NCBI RefSeq assembly: GCF_006345805.1
Contig: NC_043014.1
Span: 7,564,001 to 7,628,000, forward strand
Direction of reading: 5' to 3'
Length of the DNA: 64,000 nucleotides
DNA from: Octopus sinensis
Lineage: Eukaryota
The position numbers were made by a program, and so were the translations under genes. Below are positions 1 through 11,462 of this stretch, one piece after another (positions within the stretch are counted from its first letter, which is position 1; each line of letters opens with the position of its first letter). The notes under the pieces are model-generated. The model was given only the letters and a program-made list of their open reading frames with translations. It made no database searches and was not told the DNA's origin.

Positions 1-210
1 GTATATATATATATTTATAGGCGCAGGAGTGGCTGTGTGGTAAGTAGCTTGCTAACGAACCACATGGTTACGGGTTCAGTCCCACTGCGTGGAATCTTGG
101 GCAAGTGTCTTCTACTATAGCCTCAGGCCAACCAAAGCCTTGTGAGTGGATTTGGTAGACGGAAACTGAAAGAAGCCAGTCGTATATATGTATATATATA
201 TATATTTATA

Positions 211-630
211 GGCGCAGGAGTGGCTGTGTGGTAAGTAGCTTGCTAACGAACCACATGGTTACGGGTTCAGTCCCACTGCGTGGAATCTTGGGCAAGTGTC
301 TTCTACTATAGCCTCGGCCCGACCAAAGTCTTGTGAGTGGATTTGGTAGACGGAAACTGAAAAGAAGCCCGTCGTATATATGTGTATGTATATATATATG
401 TGCGTGTGTGTGTTTGTGTGTCTGTGTTTGTCCCCCTAGCATTGCTTGACAACCGATGCTGGTGTGTTTATGTCCCCGTAACTTAGCGGTTCGGCAAAAG
501 AGACCGATAGAATAAGTACTGGGCTTACAAAAGAATAAGTCCCGGGGTCGAGTTGCTCGACTAAAGGCGGTGCTCCAGCATGGCCGCAGTCAAATGACTG
601 AAACAAGTAAAAGAGTAAAAGTAAGAGTAA
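211..630 (+). mobile_element. tRNA-derived SINE family A, full length (preceded by a second 5' half at 21-190)
   Basis: Head ggcgcaggagtggctgtgtggt (A-box-like) and ggttcagtccc (B-box-like), then cttgggcaagtgtctt, an internal (TA/TG)n linker, a 3' domain and a gtaaaagag tail. About 30 related copies occur in the window. Confidence 0.85.
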
Positions 631-804
631 ACAGAATTTTGGAAGAGAACAATTTTCAGAGTGACTTCCCTTTGAATTTTCTATGCATTTATATGTAAAA
701 GCATCTAAACAATAAAATTAACTATGACCCTTGATGGTGTAATGTGGTGTAAAGTGAGCATTAGGGTTTTCTCCCTTTTGTTTCTGGAACCAATTGTCTT
801 CAGT

Positions 805-1232
805 TTACTCTTTACTCTCTCTCTCTCTTTTACTCTTTTACTCGTTTCAGTCATTTGACTGCGGCCATGCTGGAGCACCGCCTTTAATCGAGCAACTCGA
901 CCCCGGGACTTATTCTTTTTGTAAGCCCAGTACTTATTCTATCGGTCTCTTTTGCCGAACCGCTAAGTAACGGGGACATAAACACACCAGCATCGGTTGT
1001 CAAGTAATGCTAGGGGGACAAACACAGACACACAAACACACACACACATATATATATATATATACATATATACGATGGGCTTCTTTCAGTTTCCATCTAC
1101 CAAATCCACTCACAAGGCTTTGGTCGGTCCGAGGCTATAGCAGAAGACACTTGCCCAAGATGCCACGCAGTAGGACTGAACCTGAAACCATGTGGTTGGT
1201 AAACAAGCTACTTACCACACAGCCACTCCTGC
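805..1232 (-). mobile_element. SINE family A, full length
   Basis: Reverse complement of the 211-630 element. Confidence 0.85.
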
Positions 1233-1569
1233 ATATACAATTATATGTCTAAATGCATGTTGCTCAATGTCTGTGTGCATATATGCATGGGAACATCTGC
1301 ATGCTTACATGTATATGTCTTGACCATTCACCAAAAGATTGAATAACACAAATCTCTCTATATATAAACGGCAAAATGTCTGTGTGTGTGTGTGTGTCCT
1401 TTATACAAATCCACAATTTTTCAGTTAGAGCACTCGCACTTTCTATGGTCATTCAAAACCGTCCAAGTGTGGTCGTGCATATCTTTACATTTCCCCAGTC
1501 ACCCATCAAAGCCATTAAAAAAAAGTGACTCTTAAAAAGTCACTCTTAAAAGTCACATTAAAAAGTGAC

Positions 1570-1973
1570 TCTTTTTACTCTTTACTCTTTTACTTGTTTC
1601 AGTCATTTGACTGCAGCCATGCTGGAGCATCGCCTTTAGTCGAGCAAATCGACCCCGGGACTTATTCTTTGTAAGCCCAGTACTTATTCTATCGGTCTCT
1701 TTTGCCGAACCGCTAAGTGACGGGGACATAAACACACCAGCATCGGTTGTCAAGCAATGCTAGGGGGACAAACACAGACACACAAATGCACATATATATA
1801 TACATATATACGACGGGCTTCTTTCAGTTTCCGTCTACCAAATCCACTCACAAGGCTTTGGTCGGCCCGGGGCTATAGCAGAAGACACTTGCCCAAGATG
1901 CCACGCAGTGGGACTGAACCCGGAACCATGTGGTTGGTTAGCAAGCTACTTACAACACAGCCACTCCTGCGCC
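1570..1973 (-). mobile_element. SINE family A inserted inside a Helitron-like element
   Basis: Same architecture as 211-630. Confidence 0.85.
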
Positions 1974-2174
1974 TTTTGTGAATTTTCTATCCAAAACCCA
2001 ATCAAAATACCTGAAACTTGATACGCCAATTGAATGCCAGCTAGCTGTATGTAATTGGTCGGAGATTTGGACAGTACTCGCGTGTATGTGCGCACGCACG
2101 CAGCTGTATATGCATGCACTAGCACTATAACCCGGTGTTGCCGGGTCATAGTTCTAGTGATAGATAAAAAAACA

Positions 2175-2440
2175 GGAATGCAAACACAAGTGGCTAAACT
2201 GGGGTTCCTTCAAGGGGTTCCTGAAGTAAAGTTACTTGACGGGGTGCATAGCTTTGAGTAGTTCAGGGTGTCTGTCCATTTCAAGCAGTGATTTCTCTGC
2301 ATTGGTACGATGGTACCATAGACACGTGATCAAAATGTCGCAGGAAAGAATCGCAAGGTGGATTTTCTTCAAGCTGAACCAAATGGCAGAAGACCTAGAG
2401 GCAGACCAAGAACAAGATGTTTGGCTAATATCCATAGTCA
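2175..2440 (+). mobile_element. Degenerate RTE-clade LINE ORF2 C-terminal fragment
   Basis: Frameshifted translation ...VRWYHRHVIKMSQERIARWIF / QAEPNGRRPRGRPRTRC resembles the RTE LRWxGHVxRM...GxRPRGRPRxRW motif. Confidence 0.7.
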
Positions 2441-2563
2441 TGGCGGCGTTGCCGGGTCATAGTGCTAGTTTGTAATAGAAAAATGCAGAAATGGTATAAG
2501 AAATGCGATTCCTGAGAACAAGGAATGAGAAGGAAAACGTGATCTTCAAACAGCTGTTTTTTT

Positions 2564-2938
2564 TTACTTGTTTCAGTCATTTGACTGCGGCCATGCTGGA
2601 GCACCGCCTTTAGTCGATCAAATCGACCCTGGGACTTATTCTTTGTAAGCCCAGTACTTATTCTATCGGTCTCTTTTGCCGAACCGTTAAGTGACGGGGA
2701 CGTAAACACACCAGCATCGGTTGTCAAGCAATGCTAGGGTGACAACCCCCCCCCATATATATATATATATATATACGACAGGCTTCTTTCAGTTTCCGTC
2801 TACCAAATCCACTCACAAGGCATTGGTCGGCCCGGGGCTATAGCAGAAGACACTTGCCCAAGATGCCACGCAGTGGTACTGAACCCGGAACCATGTGGTT
2901 GGTTAGCAAGCTACTTACCACACAGCCACTCCTGCGCC
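2564..2938 (-). mobile_element. SINE family A, full length
   Basis: Same architecture as 211-630. Confidence 0.85.
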
Positions 2939-2960
2939 TATTACATATATATATATATAT

Positions 2961-3425
2961 ATTTATTAATAAATATAAGGTAGCAGAAAATTCTAGAAAA
3001 TATTCTCCGCTACCAGCGGTTCAGTGAGAAAGAAAAGATAGTCAAAAACTATATAATATACATTCAAAGATATAAGGAATGGCCATAATAGGACATTCGA
3101 CTCACTAGAAAGAGCAGCCAAACTCAAACCGCTAATAGTTGTAGTTCTGAAACCGAAAGAGAAATAAATTTAATTTAATTAATTTGTTTACTAAAGTTTG
3201 CCGAAACTATGCATAGTCCAGAGATGGAAGGGTAAACGTTTTACAACTATTAGCGGTTTGAGTTTGGCTGCTCTTTCTAGTGAGTCGAATGTCCTATTAT
3301 GGCCATTCCTTATATTTTTGAATGTATATTATAGAGTCTTTGACTATCTTTCCTGTCTCGATGAACCACTTGTAGCGGAGAATTTTTTCTAGAATTTTCT
3401 GCTACCCTTATATTTATTAATAAAT
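2961..3425. repeat. Long inverted repeat (183-bp arms, 98-bp spacer) between TA-rich tracts
   Basis: 2961-3143 is the near-exact reverse complement of 3242-3425. Confidence 0.9.
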
Positions 3426-3665
3426 ACATATATATATATATAATATATATATATATTATATATATATATATATTATATATATATATGTATATATGGAGAT
3501 AAGCATTTCTTGATAGCTTTCATATATTTCAATACATATTCAAACATCAGATAATTTAAGAAGCAACAGAGTTGGATTACCAGCTGAAAGAGCAGGAAAA
3601 ATGTGGAATTTGGAGTACAGGAAATTACGAACAGTTCAGTTGTGATGTATTAAAAATAATCTACA

Positions 3666-3831
3666 GGTGCAGGAGTGGCTGTGTGGTAAGTAGCTTGCTA
3701 ACCAACCACATGGTTCCGGGTTCAGTCCCACTGCGTGGCATCTTGGGCAAGTGTCTTCTACTATAGCCTCGGGCCGACCAAAGCCTTGTGAGTGGATTTG
3801 GTAGACGGAAACTGAAAGAAGCTGTCTCGTA

Positions 3832-3900
<69 letters not shown>

Positions 3901-4121
3901 GGCGTGTATGTTTGTGTGTCTGTGTTTGTCCCTCTAGCATGCTTGACAACCGATGCTGGTGTGTTTACGTCCCCGTCACTTAGCGGTTCGGCAAAAGAGA
4001 CCGATAGAATAAGTACTGGGCTTACAAAGAATAAGTCCAGGGGTCGATTTGCTCGGCTAAAGGCAGTGCTCCAGCATGGCCACAGTCAAATGACTGAAAC
4101 AAGTAAAAGAGAGTAAAAGAG
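3666..4121 (+). mobile_element. SINE family A with expanded internal (TA)n
   Basis: Same architecture, with about 60 bp of (TA)n in the linker. Confidence 0.85.
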
Positions 4122-4610
4122 TACATTTAAACACCAAGTTCTGTAATTCATTGCTTCTCAGCGAATCAAGAGAAAGTAACTTGTTTCAGTCATTTGACTG
4201 TGGCCATGCTGGAGCACCGCCTTTAGTCGAGCAATTCGACTCCGGGACTTATTCTTTTGTAAGCCTAGTACTTATTCTATCATTCTCTTTTGCCGAACTG
4301 CTAAGTTATGGGGGCATCAAGTGATGATGGGGGGACAGACACAAATGCACACACGTATATACTCCTTTACTTGTTTTAGTCATTTGACTGCGGCCATGCT
4401 GGAGCACCGCCTTTAGTCGAGCAACTCGACCTCGGGACTTATTCTTTGTAACCCAGTACTTATTCTATCGGTCTCTTTTTGCCAAACCGGTAAGTTACAG
4501 GGACATAAACACACCAGCATCGGTTGTCAAGCAATGCTAGGGGGACAAACACAGACACACAAACACACATTGTTTTTTTTTGGGGGGGGGGGGTTGTGTC
4601 TGTGTGTGTA

Positions 4611-4990
4611 AAAAAGTGCTGGGGAACTGTGGAAGAGGTAGACCCAGGAAGACAGGGGACGAAGTGGTGAAGCATGATCTTTGAATGTTGGGCCTCACAG
4701 AGGGCAATGACCAATGACCAAGACCTTTGGCAACATGTTGTGCTTGAGCAGAGGACCCATCGAGCCAAGTGACATCAGTCATGGCCGATGCCAGGGTCAC
4801 GTAACTGGTACCTCCACTGGACCCTCGTAAAAGCACCCATTCCACTCTGTAAAGTGGTTGGCGTTAGGAAGGGCATCCAGCCATAGAAACCCTGCCAAAT
4901 CAGACGGGAGTCTGGTGCAGCCACTCAGCTTATCAATCCTGGCCAAACTGTCCAACACATGCCAGCATGGACAATGGACATTAAATGACG
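4611..4990 (+). mobile_element. 5'-truncated RTE LINE end
   Basis: gaagaggtagacccaggaagac...gaagcatgatct encodes GRGRPRK..DEVVKHDL, followed by a shortened 3'UTR and tail. Confidence 0.75.
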
Positions 4991-5677
4991 ATGTTTTTCC
5001 ATGCTGGCATGGGTTAGATGAGTAGATCATTGACATGCTTCACAAGATGCCCTTCTTGTTGCTAACTCTTATTCATTTAACACTTCATTTCAGATTGCTC
5101 CAGTCCACTCAGCTGGCAAAAGTGAGTAATCTCATGATGGACTGGCGTCCCATCCAGGTGGGGAATATACACACCACAGAATCTGGGAAACTGACTTCAT
5201 GTACTTAGGGCTCAGGATGGGATTCGATCTCTTTGGGTTTTTTTTCTTTTTACATACTATTGGTCTTGCTTTACTAAACTACTGCATAACAGGGATGTTA
5301 ACAAACCGACATTGGTTGTCAACCAGTGTGTGTGTGTGGGCGGTGGAGGGAGAGAGAGAGAGACACACACACACACACACACACACACGTACGCACAATG
5401 GGCTTCCACACAGTTTTTGCCAACCAAACCCACTTGCCAGATATTGGTTGATCTGGGGCCTTTCTAAAGGAACATTTGTGCAAGGTGCCCTGCAGTGGGA
5501 CTGAACCTGAAACCACATGATTGCAAAGTGAGCTTCTTAATCACACTGTACTGAAAACTGGTTCAAACCCAACATTTAGTTTTAAGATATTTTTGGCATT
5601 AGGAAGGGAATCCAGCTATAGAAAAACCATGCCAAACCAGACTGGAGTCGGGTGCACCCGTACAGCTTATCAGTGAA

Positions 5678-5995
5678 GGCGTGTGGCTTAGTGGTTAGGG
5701 CATTCGGCTCGCGATTGTAAGGTCATGAGTTCGATTCCAAGCGACGTGTTGTGTCCTTGAGCAAGACACTTTATTTCATGTTGCTCCAGTCCACTCAGCT
5801 GGCAAAAATGAGTTGTACCTGTATTTCAAAGGGCCAGCCTAGTCACACCCTGTGTCACGCTGAATCTCCCTGAGAACTACGTTAGGGGTACACGTGTCTG
5901 TGGAGTGCTCAGCCACTTGCACATTAATTTCACGAGCAGGCTGTTCCGTTGATCGTATCAGCTGGGACCCTCGTCGTCGTAACCGACGGAGTGCT
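5678..5995 (+). mobile_element. tRNA-derived SINE family C
   Basis: Head ggcttagtggttaggg...gagttcgattcc; flanked by the repeat agcttatcag (5664-5673 and 6002-6011). Confidence 0.8.
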
Positions 5996-7097
5996 CCCCA
6001 TAGCTTATCAGCCCTGGTCAAAGCGTCCAACCCATGCCAGCATGGACAATGGATGTTAAAGTGATGATGATGGTTTCAAGTTTTTTTTCCTTGTCATTTA
6101 TAGTTTTTCATAGAATTCTTTATAATGTTTAATTTCTTTTCCATGTTTTTAATAAATCAATATTTTTCTTGCCATATTTCTTTTAAATTAAATTCTTTTA
6201 TATTTGTACAAAAATGCAAAAAGAAAAAAGAAATCAATATTTTCATTCTTTTTGTGTTGAAAAAAACTTTTTCCAGTCAAAAAAATCAATAAGCTTCGTA
6301 TTTCTGTTCCATTTTATTTTTCTCATAAATAAAAACAGATGCTCCGTCGTCGATGTTTTATTAATCGTAACCTTGTCATTTGACTGGCTGTGATTAAAAA
6401 GCTATTAAGTTTCTTGGGCTGGTTTTCTCTGGATTTATTGATCTATCGGTTACTCAGATAAATAAATGAATAAAAATCGACTAATCAGGGAAGGAATAAT
6501 GGTAATACTCGTTGCAGGGCTTCTCAGACTGGCGAGGCTGATGCTTGGTTCAAACATCTGTAGGTTGGTGCCTATTGAGAAAAATATGGTTAGGGATGGG
6601 GCCACAGAAGACTGCAGTTCATGAAGGGAAGAACAAGAGCACAAAGAATTGAGTACAAGGTTTATAGGAATTCTATGGGAATCTATAAATGCCCCAAAAA
6701 AAAAATGAAAAAAAACAAACGAACTTGGTGGCTGTGTGGTAAGAAACTTGCTTCTCAACCATATGGTTTCAGGTTCAGTCCCACTGTGTGGCACCTTGGG
6801 CAAGTGTCTTCTATTATAGCCTTTGGCTGACCAAAGCCTTGTGAGTGGATTTAGTAGATGGAAACTGAAAGAAGCTCATCGTGTGACTGTGTGGTAAGTA
6901 GCTTGTTTACCAACTACATGGTTCTGGGTTCAGTCCCACTGCGTGGCACCTTGGGCAAGTGTCTTCTATTATAGCCTTGGGCTGACCAAAGCCTTGTGAG
7001 TGGATTTGGTAGACGGAAACTGAAAGAAGCTCATTGTGTGTATGTGTGTGTTTTTGTGTGTCTGTGTTTGTCCTCCCCACCACCACTTCTTGAGAGG

Positions 7098-7129
<32 letters not shown>

Positions 7130-7232
7130 TACAAGGAGAGGGCAATGTGAGGAAGAGTTAGAAGAGAGAGAGTATGCAATTACCGTATTGACTTGTGTAC
7201 AAGTCACACCCCAAGCTTAGATTTAAGTCAAA

Positions 7233-7627
7233 TCTTTATATATAAAAGTGAGGTTGTGTGCTGTCTGTCTCCTACGATTTAGATTCCTAACTACTCCCAC
7301 ATTTTGCGGTGCAGTTTAACCAAAACCGGGTATCTTATAGTCGTGATTCATATCGAGCCCTTCTGGGTATTAGCGCGCGTCTACGATGAGTCTACGATTT
7401 TAAAAATAATTCACCATCATTTTTTTCCATTTTAATGCATATTTTTTTAATATAAGGGAAGTAACTCTCAAAAATGTCTACGATGAGTCAACGATTTAAA
7501 AAAAAATTTACCGTAATTTTTTTTCCATTTTTAATGCATTTTTTGCTATTTTTTGGCTATAACTCTCTAAAAATGCTTTATAGTTATTTCCCTTACAAAC
7601 CCAAGCAACGCCGGGTGATGCTGCTAG
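7233..7627 (+). mobile_element. Non-autonomous Helitron family H2
   Basis: a|TC start and a ...ccaagcaacgccgggtgatgctgCTAG|t end with no TSD; a near-identical copy lies at 35511-35897. Confidence 0.8.
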
Positions 7628-7828
7628 TCTTGGTATAAAATATTTTCTCCTCAGTTTTCACTTTGCTCTCTGTGTAACTCAAACCCCTATTTTTTTTTCC
7701 AGATCATGATGATGATGATAAAGTCCAGTATAAAACTGCAATTTATACCCAAGTAAACGGGGTAGTTATCAAAGGTGTATATTCCGGGTGTGCTAGGTAC
7801 GTGCTGCACACCCATCAAAAATGGTAAA

Positions 7829-8225
7829 TCATCATCATCATCAGCATTTAACGTCCGCTTTCCATGCTAGCACGGTTTGACCGGGGTCTGGGAAGCCAGG
7901 AGGCTGCACCAGTCTCCAGTCTGATCTGGCAGAGTTTCTACAGCTTGATGTCCTTCCTAACGCCAACCACTCCGTGAGTGTAGTGGGAGCTTTTTACATG
8001 CCACCTGCACAGGTGCCGGGGGGGTCCGGCATCGGCCACGATTGGTTGGAGCTTTTAACGTGCCACCGGTACGGAAGCCAGCCAAGGCGGCGCTGGCAAT
8101 GGCCACGTTCGGATGGTGCTTTTTATGTGCCACCGGCAGTGGAGCCAGTCGAGGCAGCGCTGGCATCGGCCACGTTCGGACGGTACTTTTTATGTGCCAC
8201 CGGCACAGAAGCCAGTCGAGGCGCC
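7829..8225 (-). mobile_element. RTE 3'UTR-only copy
   Basis: Carries ggcacgtaaaaagcacc modules, ttggcgttaggaaggacatc and a (GAT)n tail. Confidence 0.75.
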
Positions 8226-8844
8226 GCCGATTATAAATATTAACCTTACTCATTAATTTTATCACAAATCTTAATGAAAAACTTTTGTTATATCCCTGCT
8301 TGAAACAACCACCATACGCCACTGGTAGATATTTGAGATGAACAGAGGGTGTGTTAGAGGCAAAGAGAAAAGAACCAGAGGTCTTTGTTGGTCAGAGATT
8401 GTTGACCAATGGTCAATGGGTCTCTTTGACTTTTGTTGTTATTGTTAAGCTGATCAAGGAATCATAGACCAGGCAGGTAGTTGTCTGGATGATGGAATGG
8501 GACCTTTATTCAGTCATAAAGGTGGTTTAGTAATATTTGAGGAAAATTTGGCTGCTATTACTTGCAGATCAACCAAATGTATAGCAATGTCCGTGTTAAC
8601 TTGGAAAGTGACTTATGGTATGTTTATAGCAGTGAGTAGTACTCTCGGTAAGTGAGCAGCACTCCAGACATGAGTGGTACTCTGGACATGCGAGCTGTAC
8701 TCTGGTGCAGGGCAATTAAGTTTTGAGAGGAGGGGCTAAGTCGATTACATCGGTTCAGCTGGTACGTATTTTAGTGACCCTAAAAGGATGAACGGCAAAG
8801 TCAACCTTGGCTGTATTTGAACTCAGAATGAACAGACGATCTGG

Positions 8845-9350
8845 CAGTGTTTCTACAGCTGGATGCCCTTCCTAACGCCAACCACTCTGTGAGTGTAGTG
8901 GGTGATTTTATGTGCCACCGACACAGGTGCCAGATGCGGCTGGCAGACGGCCACGATCGGATGGTGCTTTTTACGTGCCACCGGCACGGGGACCACACGA
9001 AACTGGCAACGGCCATGTTCGGATGGTTCTCTTACATGTCACCAGCACTGGTATCACGGCTACAAATTCCATTGATGTTGATAGATTACGATTTTGATTT
9101 TGATTTTCACTTGCCTCAACAGGTCTTCACAAGTGGAGTTTTGTGTCCCAAGAAGGAAAGGAATGCATAAGTGGGCTGGCTACATCCCAGGTGTAGGCCA
9201 CGGGATTATGGCCTCACTTGTGCTGCCGGGTCTTCTCACTCACAGCATGTTTCCATAGGTCTCGGTCTCTAGTCATTTCCTCGGTGAGACCTAAAGTTTG
9301 AAGGTCGTGCTTCACCACCTCGTCCCAGGTTTTCCTGGGTCTTGTGCCTT
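8845..9350 (-). mobile_element. 5'-truncated RTE LINE (ORF2 end plus 3'UTR)
   Basis: RPRKTWDEVVKHDLQTLGLTEEMTRDRDLWKHAVSEKTRQ* is followed by the same 3'UTR as 33960-34750. Confidence 0.85.
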
Positions 9351-9860
9351 CAATAATTAGACGAGCAAGATGCATTTTGTAATAAATAGAACTGACCAAA
9401 TTAAGCGCTATCTTGACAGACTGTCTGTCTGTCTCAGGTTAGAAATGAAAAATGCAAAGAACGGAATGTCAGAATCTGGCATCTCAATATATGAACAGGA
9501 ATGTCTTGCATTCCGTTTTAAACAAAAATGACGTCACCAGTTATTCCCGTTCATATTTTGAATTTCTGTATTCCTGCATTCTTTTCATTCTTCATTTTGA
9601 GAGAAGACGGACAATCTGTTACAATGTTGTTTAATTTATTCCATTCAATAAACAGAAATCAATCTTTGTTTATTATGAATTGCATTGTGCTTTTCTTATT
9701 GCTGGTTTATCTTTGTGAATAGTTACATTAGTCTTCCTAAATTATTGTTCTTACTATTTTTATTAAGACGCCTAGCTGGCAGAATTGTTAGCTTCCTGCT
9801 GGGTAAAAATACTTAGCAAGTTTCTTGCATTTGGGTCACCATTCTTTGGCGATGACTTAC

Positions 9861-9950
9861 CTCAGTCTGAGCGAGATGTTGAAATATGGAATCGCCAAGG
9901 AATAAAACATCTGGTTCCTTTTCCACAGACTCACTGAGAAATCTTTCATG
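9861..9950 (-). CDS. PAFAH1B2: Internal coding exon of platelet-activating factor acetylhydrolase IB catalytic subunit (PAFAH1B2/B3 orthologue, SGNH hydrolase)
   Basis: The 90-nt phase-0 exon is bounded by tctctttcag and gtaagt on the minus strand. It encodes HERFLSESVEKEPDVLFLGDSIFQHLAQTE, matching my recollection of human HNRFVLDCKDKEPDVLFVGDSMVQLMQQYE, including the catalytic GDS motif. I could not find the other exons in the window. Confidence 0.88.
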
Positions 9951-10321
9951 CTGAAAGAGAGAAGGGAGACAAACACAACGATCAATAAACTGAATCAATG
10001 CAGAGTTATGTGGGATGTGACAAGAGGAAAGGTCATACAGAACATTAAAAGATCACAAGTATAACAACAACAACAACAACAATAATAATATTCCTTTCTG
10101 CTCTAGGCCCAAGTCCTGAAATTATGGGGAAGGGAGATACTTGATTAGACTGACCCCCCAGTACTCAACTGGTACTTTTTTTTATCAATCCTGAAAGGAT
10201 GAAAAGCAAAGTCGACCTCGGTAGCATTTGAACTCAAAACAAAGAAGTAATGTTGCTAAGGATATTTTACTGGTGTGATAACGATTCTGCCAGCTAGCTA
10301 TAATAATAATAATAATAATAA

Positions 10322-10870
10322 ATGCCCTGATGCAGTACCAGACAGTGGCTCTCATGGCTTCTGATCTTAACTGACTGGAAATGTTATCATGTACATTGTT
10401 TTGTCTTGGTATAAAAGATGGGCTACAGCAAATATTCTGCTCAATACCACAGATTTGCTTGTTAGTTGTTTGGCTTTAACCAGTTGAGCATGTCCCTTCG
10501 TGGCTGACAATATGTGCATCTCTGATCACGAGCAGAAGTAGTGGGGGAGCATCATAGCCATGTGTTGAGAGGGATTCTTTGGAGTTTGAATAGTTCACCT
10601 CTGGAAACATGGGTGTTTCTTTCAACATCCTTAAACAACCCTTATTCAGGGACCTTTTGAGCAGGATGGGTTACTCAACCAGAAGAAAATTCTAACTGGG
10701 CTCCACTTGCCAAGTCGTGCGCTGTTTCTCTTGATATGGGGACACCATGTCGCACACATATGGTTGTGATGCATGTGCCTGGTGTACCCTTATCAGACGG
10801 GTAGTCATGATGGGTATACTGGGCTTCGTATATTTTACCTTAGTGTCTCTTTGATGGCATGCACTGCTTT
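10322..10870. mobile_element. ~550-bp interspersed family F flanked by (TAA)n at both ends
   Basis: Copies lie at 52877-53397, 19515-19856 and 11185-11260; element ends abut TAA/TTA repeats. Confidence 0.7.
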
Positions 10871-11462
10871 AATAATAATAATAATAATAATAATAATGAT
10901 GATGATAATAATAATAATAATAATAATTCTTTCTACAATAGACACAAGGCCTGAAATTTTGGGGAAGGGGACCAGTCGATTACATTGACCCCGGTGTTTC
11001 ACTGGTATTTAATTTATCGACCCCGAAAGGATGAAAGGCAAAGTCGACCTTGGTGGAATTTGAACCTAGAATATAAAAACTGACGAAATGCGGCTAAGTA
11101 TTTTGCACGGCGTGCTAACGATTCTGCCATCTCTCCGCCTTAAAAAAAAATTAATGATAATAATAATAATAATAATAATAATAGATGGGTAGTCATGATG
11201 GGTATACTGGGCTTCGTATATTTTACCCCAGTGTCATTTTGATGGCATGCATTGCTTTAATAATAATAATCCTTTCTACTCTAGGCACAAGGCTTGAAAT
11301 TTTAGGGGAAGGGACCAGTGGATTACATCGATCCCCAGCGCGTAACTGGTACTTAATTTATCGACCCCTCAAAGGATGAAAGGCAAAGTTGACCCCGGCG
11401 GCATTTGAACTCAGAATGTGAAGACAGATGAAATACTGCTAAGCATTTCGGCCCGTGAGGGC

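Larger units (their letters stand above)
1353..2468 (+). mobile_element. Non-autonomous Helitron-like element with two successive 3' termini
   Basis: 5' a|TCTCTCTATATATAAA start. An ACCCGG-tgttg-CCGGGT hairpin is followed by CTAG|t at 2154-2157, and a second hairpin plus CTAG|t ends at 2465-2468. Confidence 0.65.

Noticed and set aside
206-442. Recurrent MLGGQTQTH...FRLPNPLTRLWS ORF family
   Set aside because: It is the antisense reading of SINE family A, with variable stops and frameshifts between copies.
5678-5750. tRNA-like sequences (also 30165, 55703 and SINE A heads)
   Set aside because: They are SINE heads that continue into SINE bodies and do not form a complete cloverleaf.
6540-6610. 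IFFSIGTNL resembling the PAFAH1B VWVGTNN exon
   Set aside because: The flanking residues do not match, the catalytic-block Asn is absent and there are no fitting splice sites.
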